Below are positions 1 through 12,651 of a stretch of DNA of 64,000 nucleotides, piece after piece (the stretch's first letter is position 1; every line of letters starts with the position of its first letter). This DNA is from Cyanobacteriota bacterium (GTDB taxonomy: Bacteria > Cyanobacteriota > Cyanobacteriia > Cyanobacteriales > Nostocaceae). The notes beneath the pieces were generated by a model. That model did no database searches. It was given only the letters and a program-made list of their open reading frames with translations, and had not been told where the DNA came from. The position numbers and the translations under genes were made by a program. Where the stretch lies: positions 1-64,000 of the forward strand of contig JBJOKS010000023.1 of NCBI GenBank assembly GCA_046045965.1. Reading direction: 5' to 3'.

Positions 1-145
1 TGTACTATCAGCAGAGGCAGCAATTTCATTACCATTGCGATAGTATTGGGATTGTCCGTTCATTTTTTCATGAAATTGAGTACCAGCAACAACTGTAGGA
101 TTGAAAGCATCAAAATTCAAAATCAGGTGGGAAACGCTATATCAC

Positions 146-937
146 TTACAGCCAACCCCGCAAGCTATAAATAAAATGACCAATATATTCTTTTAAAGCA
201 GTAGTAAACTGGTTCAAGTTATTAGTGTCAGGTAATAAATTCAGTATAGCGGCTTTGGGAGTGCTGACTAATTCTTCCAGTTCACCCCGACTAACAAGAA
301 AATCAGTAGGTGCAGGGATGATATCAATACCTTGACGTTGAAAAATTTTCAGCGATCGCGGTGTGTGCATTGCAGAAGTTACTAATAATACCTTTTTAAT
401 TCCCCGATTTTCGAGAATTTTCTTCACATTTACAGCATTTTGATAAGTGTTTAAAGAATTTGGTTCTTGAATTATCGCCTCTGAAGGAATACCAATAGAT
501 GTGAGGATAGTAGCCATATCTGCTGATTCTGGGGAACCACTACCACGCCAATCAATGCGGCCACCACTTAAAATAATTATAGGCGCTTTTTTTTGCCGAT
601 AGAGTTGAGCAGCATAAATAACGCGATCGCCAGATTCACTTAAATCAACAGTCGGACGCGGCCAAATACCTGATTTAGTAGCACCACCCAAAACCACAAT
701 CGCCTCAGCCTGTGGTATTTCAGTAGTAGGGATATTTTGCCATTCTAGCGATCGCACCAGATTTTTCGCCACCCAACCATTACTACAAACCAGTAATAAA
801 GTTAAAGACAGAGAAATACAAATAGCCGCAATTTTTGGACGTTTCCATAAAGTTACCAAAGCCACTATTAAACTAACACTGGCTAATCCCAGAGGATAAA
901 AAAACAAAGGCAGTAATTTAGAAAGATATAGGAACAT
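146..937 (-). CDS. YdcF/ElyC/SanA family (DUF218) membrane-anchored protein
   Basis: N-terminal TM helices; AIVVLGG, SGG, E-x-x-S-x-NT-x-QNA and LVTSAMHTPRS motifs typical of DUF218. Confidence 0.9.
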   Translation of the reverse strand: MFLYLSKLLPLFFYPLGLASVSLIVALVTLWKRPKIAAICISLSLTLLLVCSNGWVAKNLVRSLEWQNIPTTEIPQAEAIVVLGGATKSGIWPRPTVDLSESGDRVIYAAQLYRQKKAPIIILSGGRIDWRGSGSPESADMATILTSIGIPSEAIIQEPNSLNTYQNAVNVKKILENRGIKKVLLVTSAMHTPRSLKIFQRQGIDIIPAPTDFLVSRGELEELVSTPKAAILNLLPDTNNLNQFTTALKEYIGHFIYSLRGWL

Positions 938-1036
938 AATTCATAATTGGTAATTGCTAATTGGGTTATTAACCTCCCCTGCTTCCCTTGCCTCCCCTGC
1001 TCCCAGTAAAGAGTCCCCAGTAAAGAGTCCCTAATT

Positions 1037-1549
1037 TTATCTTTGCCAAAAGCGGAAATTGAAACTTCCAGAAGCGCGACGATAACGAGGGCTAGATAGT
1101 CTTTTTTGCCTTCTGGTACTCCTTTCATTAGGTTCTGCGATATCTGCTTCTGCGATAATTTCATCTGATAGCTGAGTTTTAGTTGCTTCCTTACTTCTCC
1201 ACCAAGCAATAATCCAACCACCACCTAAAGCCGCTATTCCCCCAAATAAAATACTTATTGGTGCTGTATAACCGAGAAACAGAAAACCGAACATGAAGAA
1301 TAACCAGTATTTCAGTGCTGCATCAATGCCATCATTAGAAGCTACATCGGGTATTTGGGGGTTATTTTCATTGACTGTTGTGAACCAACCTAAAGCAGAA
1401 CCACCCATAATCCCCACAAACAAACTCAGGATGGGTGAAGCTCCTGCGAAACTGGAGATCAGAATTAAGAGAAACCCAAATACCAACTGAGAAAAAAAGT
1501 TTGGTGAAGAGGATAATATTTCGCTGAGGATATTTTTGTTAGATGCCAT
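1037..1549 (-). CDS. hypothetical membrane protein
   Basis: 170-aa ORF with ~4 hydrophobic segments and a basic C-tail; same strand as neighbours. Confidence 0.75.
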   Translation of the reverse strand: MASNKNILSEILSSSPNFFSQLVFGFLLILISSFAGASPILSLFVGIMGGSALGWFTTVNENNPQIPDVASNDGIDAALKYWLFFMFGFLFLGYTAPISILFGGIAALGGGWIIAWWRSKEATKTQLSDEIIAEADIAEPNERSTRRQKRLSSPRYRRASGSFNFRFWQR

Positions 1550-1565
1550 AATTTGTATTCAAAAG

Positions 1566-1601
<36 letters not shown>

Positions 1602-1643
1602 AAGAAGAAAAATAAATTTCCCCTGCTCCTCTGTTCCTCTGCC

Positions 1644-3182
1644 TCAAATTAATTCTTGCAATTGTGAATCTAGTGGTTTAGTAGTATCCAATATTTTAAT
1701 ATAGGGTTGTTCTTTGTCTGTGAATGGTTCAGCTTGGTTGAGTTGGGACACCAATAAATCTGCGGTAGCATCAGCAATATCACCAGTACGGTTGATAAGA
1801 CGCTCTTGCAATACTTCTAGTGGTGCAGTGCAGTGGATAATCTGTAGGGGTAGTTGATGTTGGGTAGCGTGATTTATCGCATCCTGGCGTAAATCCTGAC
1901 GGTCATACTTGGCATCTAAAATCACACACCAACCTTGATTAGCCAGTGTAATTCCTAATGTCAATAACCTGTCATAAGTCTTTTGAGTCATCTCAGGTGT
2001 ATATATTTCATCTCCACCCCGTTCTAACAGAGGAATTCCAGCTAAATGTTTACGCACCGCATCTGAGCGCAGGTGAACTGCTCCTATCTGACGGGCTAAA
2101 TACTTAGCCGTGGTGCTTTTGCCTGAACCTGATAAACCTGACATCAAAATTACTTGTCCTTGCTTGGGTTTAGTATACTCCCAAGCCTGGTGATAATATG
2201 CAGATGCTGTTTTTGCAGCTTCTTCTTTTACCTCTGGGGGTACACTAGGATCATCTAATAAAAATGAAGTCACCTTTGCCCGCACATAAGCTTGACGGCT
2301 TAGATATAAAGCTAATACCTGTAGACCTTCCCAGTCTCCAGTTTGCTCAGTATAAGCATTTAAAAAAGCATTTCCTAAGTCTTTACGCCCTTTTGCTTCA
2401 ATATCCATGACTGTAAACGCCACATCATACATGACATCCACGAAGCGAAATGGCTCATTAAATTCAATGCAGTCAAAAAGCATGATTTTATCATGCCACA
2501 GAGCAATATTTCGCAGGTGTAAATCCCCGTGACATTCACGAATGTAGTTATTAGTAATTCTGCTGGTAAATAATTCTGGACGTTGAGCGAAAAATTTATC
2601 TGTATATGCTTTTGTTTCGTCAAACTGTTGCTGTGTTTGAGGTCCACCAATATACTTTAAAGTTTGCTCATAATTCTCATCAATAGCCAACCGCACTTGT
2701 GAGACTTCCCCAAAGCTGTGAATGTAATCATTGGTCTGGGCTTTAGCATGATAATCAGCTACTACCCGTCCCAATTCTTGCAAGAGCATTTCATTTAACT
2801 TACCCTGGGCAAAAAGTTCACTAAATAGGGCATTTTGGGGAAACTGGTGCATTTTCAGCGCATATTCTACAACTTCTCCCGTTCCTTCTAAATGGTACTG
2901 TTCCCCTGTCAAAGTCACAGGTAAAACTTGTAAATATAATTCACCTGCGCCTCGTTGGTTTAAACTTAACTCTTGCTGACAAAAATGCAGTCGCTTTTCT
3001 AAAGTGGAGTAGTCTAGAAAGCCAAAATTCACAGGTTTTTTCAGCTTATACACATAATTGCCAGTTAGCAGCACATAAGAAACATGAGTTTGAATGAGTT
3101 CAATTGGTTCTGTTACCGCATGAGGATAAAATCCTGGTTGTAACATTTGTTCAATTAATGCTGGAAGATTTGCTTCTGTCAT
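1644..3182 (-). CDS. bifunctional aminoglycoside-phosphotransferase-like / AAA_33 kinase protein
   Basis: N-terminal kinase fold (IQTHVS, KLKKPV, ECHGDLHLRNI, FDCIEFN) plus C-terminal P-loop GLSGSGKST and RSDAVRK. Confidence 0.88.
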   Translation of the reverse strand: MTEANLPALIEQMLQPGFYPHAVTEPIELIQTHVSYVLLTGNYVYKLKKPVNFGFLDYSTLEKRLHFCQQELSLNQRGAGELYLQVLPVTLTGEQYHLEGTGEVVEYALKMHQFPQNALFSELFAQGKLNEMLLQELGRVVADYHAKAQTNDYIHSFGEVSQVRLAIDENYEQTLKYIGGPQTQQQFDETKAYTDKFFAQRPELFTSRITNNYIRECHGDLHLRNIALWHDKIMLFDCIEFNEPFRFVDVMYDVAFTVMDIEAKGRKDLGNAFLNAYTEQTGDWEGLQVLALYLSRQAYVRAKVTSFLLDDPSVPPEVKEEAAKTASAYYHQAWEYTKPKQGQVILMSGLSGSGKSTTAKYLARQIGAVHLRSDAVRKHLAGIPLLERGGDEIYTPEMTQKTYDRLLTLGITLANQGWCVILDAKYDRQDLRQDAINHATQHQLPLQIIHCTAPLEVLQERLINRTGDIADATADLLVSQLNQAEPFTDKEQPYIKILDTTKPLDSQLQELI

Positions 3183-3271
3183 AGGATTTATACCAGAGTT
3201 GGATGTTGGATGTTGGATTTTTAGCCGCAGATAAACACAGGTAAACTGTTCATTAACCCTGATAGCTTAAC

Positions 3272-3298
3272 AAAAAAACCAGGGTTCAACCCTGGTTT
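3272..3298 (-). terminator. intrinsic terminator after rplY
   Basis: minus strand AAACCAGGGTTGAACCCTGGTTTTTTT hairpin plus U tract. Confidence 0.75.
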
Positions 3299-3354
3299 AA
3301 TCAGCAATTATGACAAAAATTAAGTGCTATTCAAGACAAAATTTACACCTGATT

Positions 3355-3651
3355 TTAGTCTTTAGTCACAAAAAAACTCAGATGGTAAGGTGTACCCTTA
3401 GCTGGGTGAATTTGAACTTCGCGGATCACGGTTTTACCAGTCCACTGAAGTTCAGGAATATTGAGTTCAATTTCGGTTTTGTTGGGAGCAGCTTGTTTGA
3501 GCAAGCGTTCAACGGTTTTCGCATCAATTACTAAAGAAATTGATTCAGTACCGTTGTGACCATACAAATTAGCGGGAATTAAACCAGAACGGCGCAAAGC
3601 CTTGGGCTTGCTACCTTCTGGACGTTTTTGAGATTCTAATGTCAGAGCCAT
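3355..3651 (-). CDS. rplY: 50S ribosomal protein L25 (short form)
   Basis: [15 protein letters not shown] and EVQIHP...HLSF motifs. Confidence 0.93.
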   Translation of the reverse strand: MALTLESQKRPEGSKPKALRRSGLIPANLYGHNGTESISLVIDAKTVERLLKQAAPNKTEIELNIPELQWTGKTVIREVQIHPAKGTPYHLSFFVTKD

Positions 3652-3681
3652 ACTACTTTTAATGTGTTAATTGTTAGTTGT

Positions 3682-3771
3682 CAGTTATCAGTTATCAGTT
3701 ATCAGTTATCAGTTATCAGTTATCAGTTATCAGTTGTTAGTTGCTAATGACTAATGACTAATGACTAATGA
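3682..3771. repeat. paired STRR tracts (CAGTTAT)x7 and (CTAATGA)x4
   Basis: tandem heptamers between purA and rplY; the two tracts are roughly complementary. Confidence 0.9.
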
Positions 3772-5115
<1,344 letters not shown>

Positions 5116-5237
5116 TTAAAGGGTAAAGTTTCCACAAATATCAATTATTAACAGATTTTTTAGCTTTTGTCAATAAATTGGGGATTGGGGACTGGGGACT
5201 GGGTACTGGTAATATTATTTGATTAATTCCTATTCCT

Positions 5238-7646
5238 ATGAAGATGTTTCAACGTCTCGGTATTGACTATCAAAATCCTCGTTGGTGGTTTGATGTGTTA
5301 ATTATTGCCATGAGTTACTATGTTGTCTCTTGGCTGGTGTTAAAAAAAATGTCGGTTCCGGCTTTTGGTACTCCTGTTTGGCCTGGTACGGGTTTTGCTG
5401 TTGGCTTTTTGCTGCTGTGGGGTAGATCGCGCTGGTTTGGGGTCTTATTAGGCGCTTTATTTGCTAATTCTATCGGTATGAAAATTATAATTTTAGCTTT
5501 TATTGGTGGTGTTGGTACTACTATTGGCTCATTAATTACTGTGACTTTAATACTTCGATTCTCTCGAACTAATTACCCTTTTAATCAAGTTAGAGATGTA
5601 GTAATTTTTTCATTTTGTAGTTTATTTACTGGGACTATTTTTCAGTCTTTATTAGGTGTAATTACCGTTTGTCTAGCAGGTTATGAACCCTGGAATAAAT
5701 ATTTACAAGTCACGGTGAGTTGGTGGGTTGGTGATGCTATAGGAATTTTAGTATTTGCTCCACCTATTTTAACTTTTGCTAGAAATATACCTGATATTGA
5801 AGCTAAATCTTGGCTAACCAGGGAAATGTTAGCGCCAGTAATTACTCTATCTATAGTTAGTTATTTTACTTTTATTCAACCACAGCCTTTAGAGTATTTA
5901 TTATTACCGCCTTTATTTTGGTCTGCTTTTCGTTTTGGTGGAAAAATCACTACTGTATTAGTTGCAATTATATCTACTATAGCTGCTATTGCTACAAGTT
6001 ATCGCTTGGGAGTTTTTTATGATGCAGCTTTGAAAAGTGACTCAATTTTATTATTACAATTGTTTATGGGTGTAATATCTGTGACTACTATGGTTATGTT
6101 AGCTATTGTCACAGAAAACCATCAATATAGGTTAAATCTAAAACTAGCAAATACAGAATTAGAAAACCGAGTTTTTGATCGCACTAGAGATTTACAAGAA
6201 AGTGAAGCTAAAGCACAGCAATTAGCTACTAAAGCCGAAGCAGCAAACCAAGCCAAAAGTGCCTTTATTGCCAATATGAGTCATGAGTTGCGATCGCCCC
6301 TCAATGCTGTAATAGGTTTTTCACAATTGATGTTACGAGCTAATAATCTTCCCCCTGACCAATATGAAAATGCAGGTATTATTTATCGTAGTGGTGATTA
6401 TTTATTGACTCTGATTAATCATATTCTGGATTTATCGAAAATCGAAGCTGGGAAAACAACACTGAATGTACAAGATTTTGACCTCTATCGCTTGCTGGAT
6501 GATTTAGAAGATATGCTGCATTTGCGGGCTACCGAGGCAGGATTAGAATTGATATTTGAGCGGAATGAAAATGTTCCGCGTTATATCTGCACCGATGGAG
6601 TCAAACTGCGTCAGATTTTAATAAATTTACTCAGCAATTCCATTAAATTTACCTCTATGGGTCAAATTAATGTCTATGTCTTTCAAGGAGAAAAAGAAAC
6701 AATAGAGGATTTTAATCTCCATTTTTGGGTGCGTGATACTGGGGTAGGAATTGCCCCAGCGGAACTACCAAAACTATTTGATGCTTTCACTCAAGCGGAA
6801 GCTGGAAGAGAAATGCAAGAAGGAACGGGTTTAGGTTTAGCTATCAGTCGGAAATTTGTACAATTGATGGGAGGTGATATTTCAGTAGAAAGTGAGTTAG
6901 GAAAAGGGACAACTTTTCAATTTTATATTCAGGCAAAATTAGGTCAAGAAACAATCAGCAATAGTGCAGAAGAACGGCAGCGTGTGCTGGCACTTGCTCC
7001 CGGACAACCTACATATAAAATTTTAGCAGTAGATGATAAACCTATTAATCGTCAATTATTGATTAAGCTGTTGCAACCCTTGGGTTTTGAAATGAAAGAA
7101 GCTAGTGATGGTCAGGAAGCTATTACTATTTGGGATGAATGGGAACCGCATTTAATTTGGATGGATATGCGGATGCCTGTGATGGATGGTTATGAAGCCA
7201 CCAAGCATATTAAATCTACTACAAAAGGTAATGCGACAGCTGTAATTGCTTTAACAGCAAGTGTGTTAGAAGAAGAAAAAGCCATAGTGCTTTCTGCTGG
7301 TTGTGATGATTTTTTGCGGAAACCGTTTGCAGAAAATACAATTTTTGATGCACTAGCTAAACATTTAGGTGTAAGATACATCTTTGCAGAAAAAAAATCA
7401 GCACCCTGGGATAATGCAGTAGAAACCCCATTGACATCGGCAAACTTAACCTGTATGTCTGAAGAATGGATTACTCAATTATACGCAGCTGCACTGGAGG
7501 CTAATACTAATCTTGTCTTGCAACTGGTAGCAGAAATCCCAGAAACAGAAATTAATCTGATACAATCACTTACAAAACTTGCGCGTCAATTTGAATTTGA
7601 ACAGCTTGTTGACCTAGCCGAACCCCTGATAAGCAATGAATTTTGA
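5238..7646 (+). CDS. MASE1-domain hybrid sensor histidine kinase/response regulator
   Basis: N-terminal MASE1-like TM region (VWPGTG, WWVGDAIG); H-box NMSHELRSPLN; NLLSNSIKFT, DTGVGI, GTGLGL; C-terminal receiver WMDMRMP. Confidence 0.92.
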   Translation: MKMFQRLGIDYQNPRWWFDVLIIAMSYYVVSWLVLKKMSVPAFGTPVWPGTGFAVGFLLLWGRSRWFGVLLGALFANSIGMKIIILAFIGGVGTTIGSLITVTLILRFSRTNYPFNQVRDVVIFSFCSLFTGTIFQSLLGVITVCLAGYEPWNKYLQVTVSWWVGDAIGILVFAPPILTFARNIPDIEAKSWLTREMLAPVITLSIVSYFTFIQPQPLEYLLLPPLFWSAFRFGGKITTVLVAIISTIAAIATSYRLGVFYDAALKSDSILLLQLFMGVISVTTMVMLAIVTENHQYRLNLKLANTELENRVFDRTRDLQESEAKAQQLATKAEAANQAKSAFIANMSHELRSPLNAVIGFSQLMLRANNLPPDQYENAGIIYRSGDYLLTLINHILDLSKIEAGKTTLNVQDFDLYRLLDDLEDMLHLRATEAGLELIFERNENVPRYICTDGVKLRQILINLLSNSIKFTSMGQINVYVFQGEKETIEDFNLHFWVRDTGVGIAPAELPKLFDAFTQAEAGREMQEGTGLGLAISRKFVQLMGGDISVESELGKGTTFQFYIQAKLGQETISNSAEERQRVLALAPGQPTYKILAVDDKPINRQLLIKLLQPLGFEMKEASDGQEAITIWDEWEPHLIWMDMRMPVMDGYEATKHIKSTTKGNATAVIALTASVLEEEKAIVLSAGCDDFLRKPFAENTIFDALAKHLGVRYIFAEKKSAPWDNAVETPLTSANLTCMSEEWITQLYAAALEANTNLVLQLVAEIPETEINLIQSLTKLARQFEFEQLVDLAEPLISNEF

Positions 7647-9021
7647 TTCTGAAACAGAAAATAAAGGTAATATTCTCCTAGTAGATGACATTCCCGAAAA
7701 CTTGCAATTACTGAGCGATTTGCTTATCAAACTCGGCTACACTGTTCGTAGTGTCACCAGTGGACGCATGGCGTTGAAAACGGTGAAAGTGAGACGACCT
7801 GATGTAATTCTCTTAGATATCAAAATGCCAGAGATGGATGGCTATCAGGTTTGTCAAGCTTTGAAAGCAGATGAGGATTTACGTAACATTCCTGTAATTT
7901 TTATTAGTGCTTTAGATGATGTTTTTGATAAAGTCACTGCTTTTAACTCCGGGGGTGTAGACTACATCACTAAACCCTTTCAAATTGAAGAAGTAGTAGC
8001 ACGTCTGGAAAATCAGTTAATCATTCAACGTCAGCAACGCCTTCTAGAAAAGGAAATTAATGAGCGCAGAGAAACACAAGAGGTACTTTATCAATCTAGG
8101 GCTTTGCTGTCTAGTGTTTTGAATAGTTCCCTCGATGGTATTGCTGCACTGCAAGCTGTTCGTAACCCAGCAACGGGAGATATTGAAGATTTTCGTTGTT
8201 TAGTTGTTAACCCTGTAATTGCTAAGGTGTTTCAACGTAGTCGGGAAGAGTTGATCGGCAAATTGGTACTGAAAAAATTTCTCGCTAGTATTGATTCAGA
8301 ACTGTTTCATAGCTTTATGGAAATTGTGGAAACAGGAGAAGCTCTAGAACGGGATTTTTACTATCCTTCAGGAAATTCTGATTGGTACCACTTTGTGGCA
8401 GTAAAATTAGGTGATGGTTTTGCTATTACGATCCGTGATATAACGACACGGAAACAAACTGAAATAGCTTTGCAAGATGCAAATCAGAAACTAGAACTAT
8501 TGGCAAATCTCGATGGTTTAACTCAAGTGGCTAACCGGCGCTGTTTTAATAATCGCCTAGAAAGCGAATGGCAGCGTCTAGCGCGAGAACAGCAGCCACT
8601 TTCCCTAATTTTATTTGATCTTGATGCCTTTAAAAGATACAATGACTATTATGGTCACCTGGCGGGTGATGATTGCTTATTAAAAATTGCTCAAGCAGTG
8701 TATAAATTTATTCGTCATCATGATATGAATCGTCCTATTGATCTGGTGGCACGTTACGGTGGGGAAGAATTTGTTGTACTCCTACCGAATACGGATTTAG
8801 CAGGAGCGATTAAGGTAACATCTAGAATTCAAGAAGTAATTCATAATCTGGAGATTCCTCATCCAGAGTCTCATGTTAGGGATATTGTGACTGTCAGTTT
8901 GGGAGTTGCTTCACTCATCCCATCGCTGGAAGTTCAACCAGATAAACTGATAGCTGATGCGGATAAAGCTTTATACAATGCTAAACAACAGGGACGCGAT
9001 CGCTATGCTTTTGAACATTAA
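7636..9021 (+). CDS. response-regulator diguanylate cyclase (REC-PAS-GGDEF)
   Basis: receiver (VDD, LLDIKMP, KPF); GGEEF active site preceded by RPID (RxxD I-site); 11-nt overlap with the upstream kinase. Confidence 0.92.
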   Translation: MNFDSETENKGNILLVDDIPENLQLLSDLLIKLGYTVRSVTSGRMALKTVKVRRPDVILLDIKMPEMDGYQVCQALKADEDLRNIPVIFISALDDVFDKVTAFNSGGVDYITKPFQIEEVVARLENQLIIQRQQRLLEKEINERRETQEVLYQSRALLSSVLNSSLDGIAALQAVRNPATGDIEDFRCLVVNPVIAKVFQRSREELIGKLVLKKFLASIDSELFHSFMEIVETGEALERDFYYPSGNSDWYHFVAVKLGDGFAITIRDITTRKQTEIALQDANQKLELLANLDGLTQVANRRCFNNRLESEWQRLAREQQPLSLILFDLDAFKRYNDYYGHLAGDDCLLKIAQAVYKFIRHHDMNRPIDLVARYGGEEFVVLLPNTDLAGAIKVTSRIQEVIHNLEIPHPESHVRDIVTVSLGVASLIPSLEVQPDKLIADADKALYNAKQQGRDRYAFEH

Positions 9022-9071
9022 CAGGGATCTTGATCATCAAAATCAGCTTATTTAAAAGATCAAGCACAATG

Positions 9072-10124
9072 CTAAAATTGCTCAATTATTCCTCCACCCA
9101 GTACCTTATCTCCTTCATACCAAACCGCTGCTTGTCCAGGGGTAATACTGAATTGAGGTTCATCAAACACTAACCGTACTCTGTCATTTTCCAAAGGTAT
9201 GACTGTCACGGGTACGGGTTGGGAACGATAACGAATTTGCACTTCTGCACGGATGGGGGTTGCTGGTTCAGCAATAGACACCCAATTTACTCGGTTTACT
9301 GTACATTCTGATTGTGTTCCTTTGGTGCGATCGCCTACAATTACTTTATTATTAGCTGCATCCAATTCAATCACATACAAAGGTTCAGCCGCAGCAATTC
9401 CTAAGCCTTTTCGCTGACCTATAGTGTAATGATGAACACCATCATGTTGTCCCAAAACCTTACCAGTGGTATCCACAATATCACCTGGTTTGGGTGCTAA
9501 ATATTTATCTAAAAATGCCCGCATGGAACCGTTGCTTTCCACTAAGCACAAATCTTGACTTTCTGGTTTATCGGCGGTTGTTAAACCATATTCAGCCGCA
9601 ATTCTGCGGGTATCGGTTTTATTTAATTCTCCCAAGGGAAAGATAGAAGAACTTAGTAAATCTTGAGACAAATCATACAGGAAATATGACTGGTCTTTGT
9701 TGCGGTCAACAGCCCGTAATAATTGGTAACGTCCGGTGGTTTCATCGTAGCGTATTTGGGCATAATGACCTGTAGCGATCGCATTACTTCCCAATTTTTC
9801 CCGTGCATATTCCACCATTGGTCCAAATTTCACTGTCTTGTTACATTGAGAACAAGGTAACGGCGTAATTCCCACACTGTAACCGGATACTAAATAATCA
9901 ACAATATTGGCTTGAAAGACATCGCGAATATCGACAATTTCGTGGGGAACACCTAATTGTTCGCAAATACTAGCCGCGTCGATCATTCCTTCAGAGCAAC
10001 ATTGACCCTTACCTTTCATTAGCCAAAGGGTTAAACCAATTACATCATAGCCCTGATTGTGTAACATAGCGGCAGCTACAGAACTGTCAACGCCACCAGA
10101 AAGACCAACGACAACTTTTTTCAT
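9072..10124 (-). CDS. mnmA: tRNA-specific 2-thiouridylase
   Basis: [43 protein letters not shown]. Confidence 0.97.
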   Translation of the reverse strand: MKKVVVGLSGGVDSSVAAAMLHNQGYDVIGLTLWLMKGKGQCCSEGMIDAASICEQLGVPHEIVDIRDVFQANIVDYLVSGYSVGITPLPCSQCNKTVKFGPMVEYAREKLGSNAIATGHYAQIRYDETTGRYQLLRAVDRNKDQSYFLYDLSQDLLSSSIFPLGELNKTDTRRIAAEYGLTTADKPESQDLCLVESNGSMRAFLDKYLAPKPGDIVDTTGKVLGQHDGVHHYTIGQRKGLGIAAAEPLYVIELDAANNKVIVGDRTKGTQSECTVNRVNWVSIAEPATPIRAEVQIRYRSQPVPVTVIPLENDRVRLVFDEPQFSITPGQAAVWYEGDKVLGGGIIEQF

Positions 10125-10346
10125 AATTCACACTTTTAACAGTGCTTGCTACTGATTATTGCTGGGAGATAGTTTTCAACCCTAAACAAAAAGCGAGACT
10201 GTCCCATTGTAGCATAAGTTATGGAAAAGCTTTGGTAGTAAGCAACTTTTATTTTCGGGTTCTCAGCCACTTGCGTAATTCTCGATTATCCTGATTACAA
10301 TGATGGCTAAGAGAAAATTTTGGCAATAAATACCACGTTGGAAAAT

Positions 10347-11042
10347 ATGCCTAGTTTAATCACAAATCAAATTACCACCGTACCCATACTTTCCTTATTT
10401 GTCGCTGGCTCTCTGGCGCTAACTTGCCGAAGTAGTCTAGCACAGACCACATTCCCACAGTTGCAACCAGCAGTTGAATTTTATCAAAATAATCAAAATT
10501 TGCAACCTTCTCAAAATGCATTTCAAAGATATGTTGTCTATGTTGATAGTGATAATTCTCAAATTTTACAAAGAGTTCGTCAGATTGAAAGCAGTGCTTA
10601 TATTCGGCAGTATAATGGAAGTAATATCATCCAATTAGGTGTTTTTAGCAATCTATCTAATGCCCAACAACGTGTTAGAGAATTACAGGTAAATGGTATT
10701 AATGGCGCTCGCATTCTTCAGTTTTCTAACCAAGGTCAAGAAACCTCTATTATCCCATTTAATTCCAATAGCAATGATGCTGTCATTCTTAGGAATAATC
10801 AGCAATTTATACAGGCTAAAAATTTTTATGTAGTCATTCCCACTAATATAAATAGTTTAGGTTTTCTTGGACAGGAAATTCAGCGAAAAATAGGTACAAA
10901 CGCCAATATTTTCTTGAGAAGTCAGCCACTAGGACCGCATATAGCTATCGGAGGTTTTAGAACTCGAACAGAAGCAGAACAATGGAATGATTATATGAGA
11001 AAATTAGGTTACGGTAATGCTAGGGTTTATTATGGTAAATAG
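10347..11042 (+). CDS. hypothetical exported protein (SPOR-like repeats)
   Basis: signal-peptide-like segment; IQLGVFSNLSNAQQRVREL and IGGFRTRTEAE resemble SPOR motifs; ATG at 10347 preferred over TTG at 10320. Confidence 0.65.
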   Translation: MPSLITNQITTVPILSLFVAGSLALTCRSSLAQTTFPQLQPAVEFYQNNQNLQPSQNAFQRYVVYVDSDNSQILQRVRQIESSAYIRQYNGSNIIQLGVFSNLSNAQQRVRELQVNGINGARILQFSNQGQETSIIPFNSNSNDAVILRNNQQFIQAKNFYVVIPTNINSLGFLGQEIQRKIGTNANIFLRSQPLGPHIAIGGFRTRTEAEQWNDYMRKLGYGNARVYYGK

Positions 11043-11112
11043 GGGACTGGGGAATCGGGACTGGGGACTGGGGACTGGGTAATAAAGTTTTACCAATTAC
11101 CAATTACCACCA

Positions 11113-12651
11113 ATGAATAAAGAACAATTTGTAGTCACTGCTGCTCAAATGCGTGACATTGAAGGACGAATATTTGCTGCGGGAATGCCGGTTGCAGCTT
11201 TGATGGAAAAAGTAGCTATATTAATTAGCGATCGCCTAAATTCTATCATCTCAAAAGGTCAAAATGTGGGAATTTTAGTAGGTCCTGGACACAATGGGGG
11301 TGATGCTTTAGTTGTAGCCAGAGAATTACATTTTCAAGGTTATCAAGTTTGGATTTATCAACCTTTTACTAAATTCAAAGAATTAACTTCTCAACATTTA
11401 CAATATGCTCAAAGTTTGGGTATTCCTTGTTTTACAGAACTAGCAGAATTACCAAATTGTGATGTTTTGGTTGACGGTTTATTTGGCTTTGGTTTAGAAA
11501 GAGAAATTACCGGAAATATTGCCGAAGCAATTAACCATTTTAATAATGGAAATAAACCGATTTTTAGTATTGATATTCCTTCTGGTTTACATACAGATAC
11601 CGGAGAAGTTTTAGGAACTGCAATTAAAGCAACTCATACCTTTTGTTTAGGTTTATGGAAACAGGGTTTATTGCAAGAACAAGCATTAGAATATATTGGA
11701 CAAGCTGAATTAATTGATTTTGATATTCCCTTAGCAGATATTCATGCTGTTTTAGGTGAAGTTCCCAAAATTAAACGCATTACCAAAACCACAGTATTTG
11801 ATACCTTATCTTTACCGCTTACCCCCACAACCCATAAATATAAATCTGGACATTTACTATTAATTTGTGGTTCAAAACGTTATGCTGGAGGAGCAATTTT
11901 AACGGGTTTGGGTGCGCGTGCTTCTGGTGTGGGGATGTTATCAATTGCCGTACCTGAAAGTATTAAACCTTTGTTAGGTTCCCATTTACCAGAAGCGTTA
12001 ATTATCGGATGTCCTGAAACGGAAACCGGAGCAATTTCTCATTTACAATTACCTCCAAAAACTGATTTAAGTTCATTTAATGCCATTGCTTGCGGACCAG
12101 GTTTAACAACAGATGCTACCCCAATTATTGAACAGGTAATTAATAGTGAAGTTCCGTTAATTTTAGATGCTGATGGCTTAAATATCTTGGCAGAATTAGG
12201 GACTGTTGCTACTTTACAAAAACGACAAACTACAACAATTCTCACACCCCACACAGGTGAATTTCATCGTTTATTTCCTGATATTAATTACACAGATAGA
12301 GTAAAAGCAGTACAAACAGCAGCATCACAAACGGGGGCTGTAGTGCTGTTAAAAGGAGCAAGAACGGCTATTTCTAACCCTGAAGGTGTCGTTTGGATCA
12401 ATCCTGAAAGTACGCCAGCTTTAGCCCGTGGTGGTAGCGGTGATGTGTTAACTGGTTTAATGGGGGGAATTTTGGCGCGAGTTGTTAATAAACAAGTTAA
12501 TATTGAAGATGTGGTAGCTGCTGCGTCTTGGTGGCATTCTCAAGGGGGTATTTTAGCAGTAAAGGAAAGGACAGAATTAGGTGTTGATGCTTTTACTTTG
12601 ACGCAGTATTTGATGAGGGTTTTGTGTGATATGTATAGCAATCCTATTTGA
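11113..12651 (+). CDS. nnr: bifunctional NAD(P)H-hydrate epimerase/dehydratase (YjeF)
   Basis: GPGHNGGD, DGLFGFG, DIPSG, ILDADGLN, LTPHTGEF, GGSGDVLTG. Confidence 0.95.
   Translation: MNKEQFVVTAAQMRDIEGRIFAAGMPVAALMEKVAILISDRLNSIISKGQNVGILVGPGHNGGDALVVARELHFQGYQVWIYQPFTKFKELTSQHLQYAQSLGIPCFTELAELPNCDVLVDGLFGFGLEREITGNIAEAINHFNNGNKPIFSIDIPSGLHTDTGEVLGTAIKATHTFCLGLWKQGLLQEQALEYIGQAELIDFDIPLADIHAVLGEVPKIKRITKTTVFDTLSLPLTPTTHKYKSGHLLLICGSKRYAGGAILTGLGARASGVGMLSIAVPESIKPLLGSHLPEALIIGCPETETGAISHLQLPPKTDLSSFNAIACGPGLTTDATPIIEQVINSEVPLILDADGLNILAELGTVATLQKRQTTTILTPHTGEFHRLFPDINYTDRVKAVQTAASQTGAVVLLKGARTAISNPEGVVWINPESTPALARGGSGDVLTGLMGGILARVVNKQVNIEDVVAAASWWHSQGGILAVKERTELGVDAFTLTQYLMRVLCDMYSNPI

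Noticed and set aside
1..141. Open minus-strand frame (..FHEKMNGQSQYYRNGNEIAASADST) running off the left edge
   Set aside because: Too short to assign. It may be a real gene start or a fragment next to a MITE end, so it is not listed as a feature.
883..1224. 113-aa minus-strand ORF
   Set aside because: Overlaps two better ORFs and translates intergenic repeats (QGRQGKQGR).
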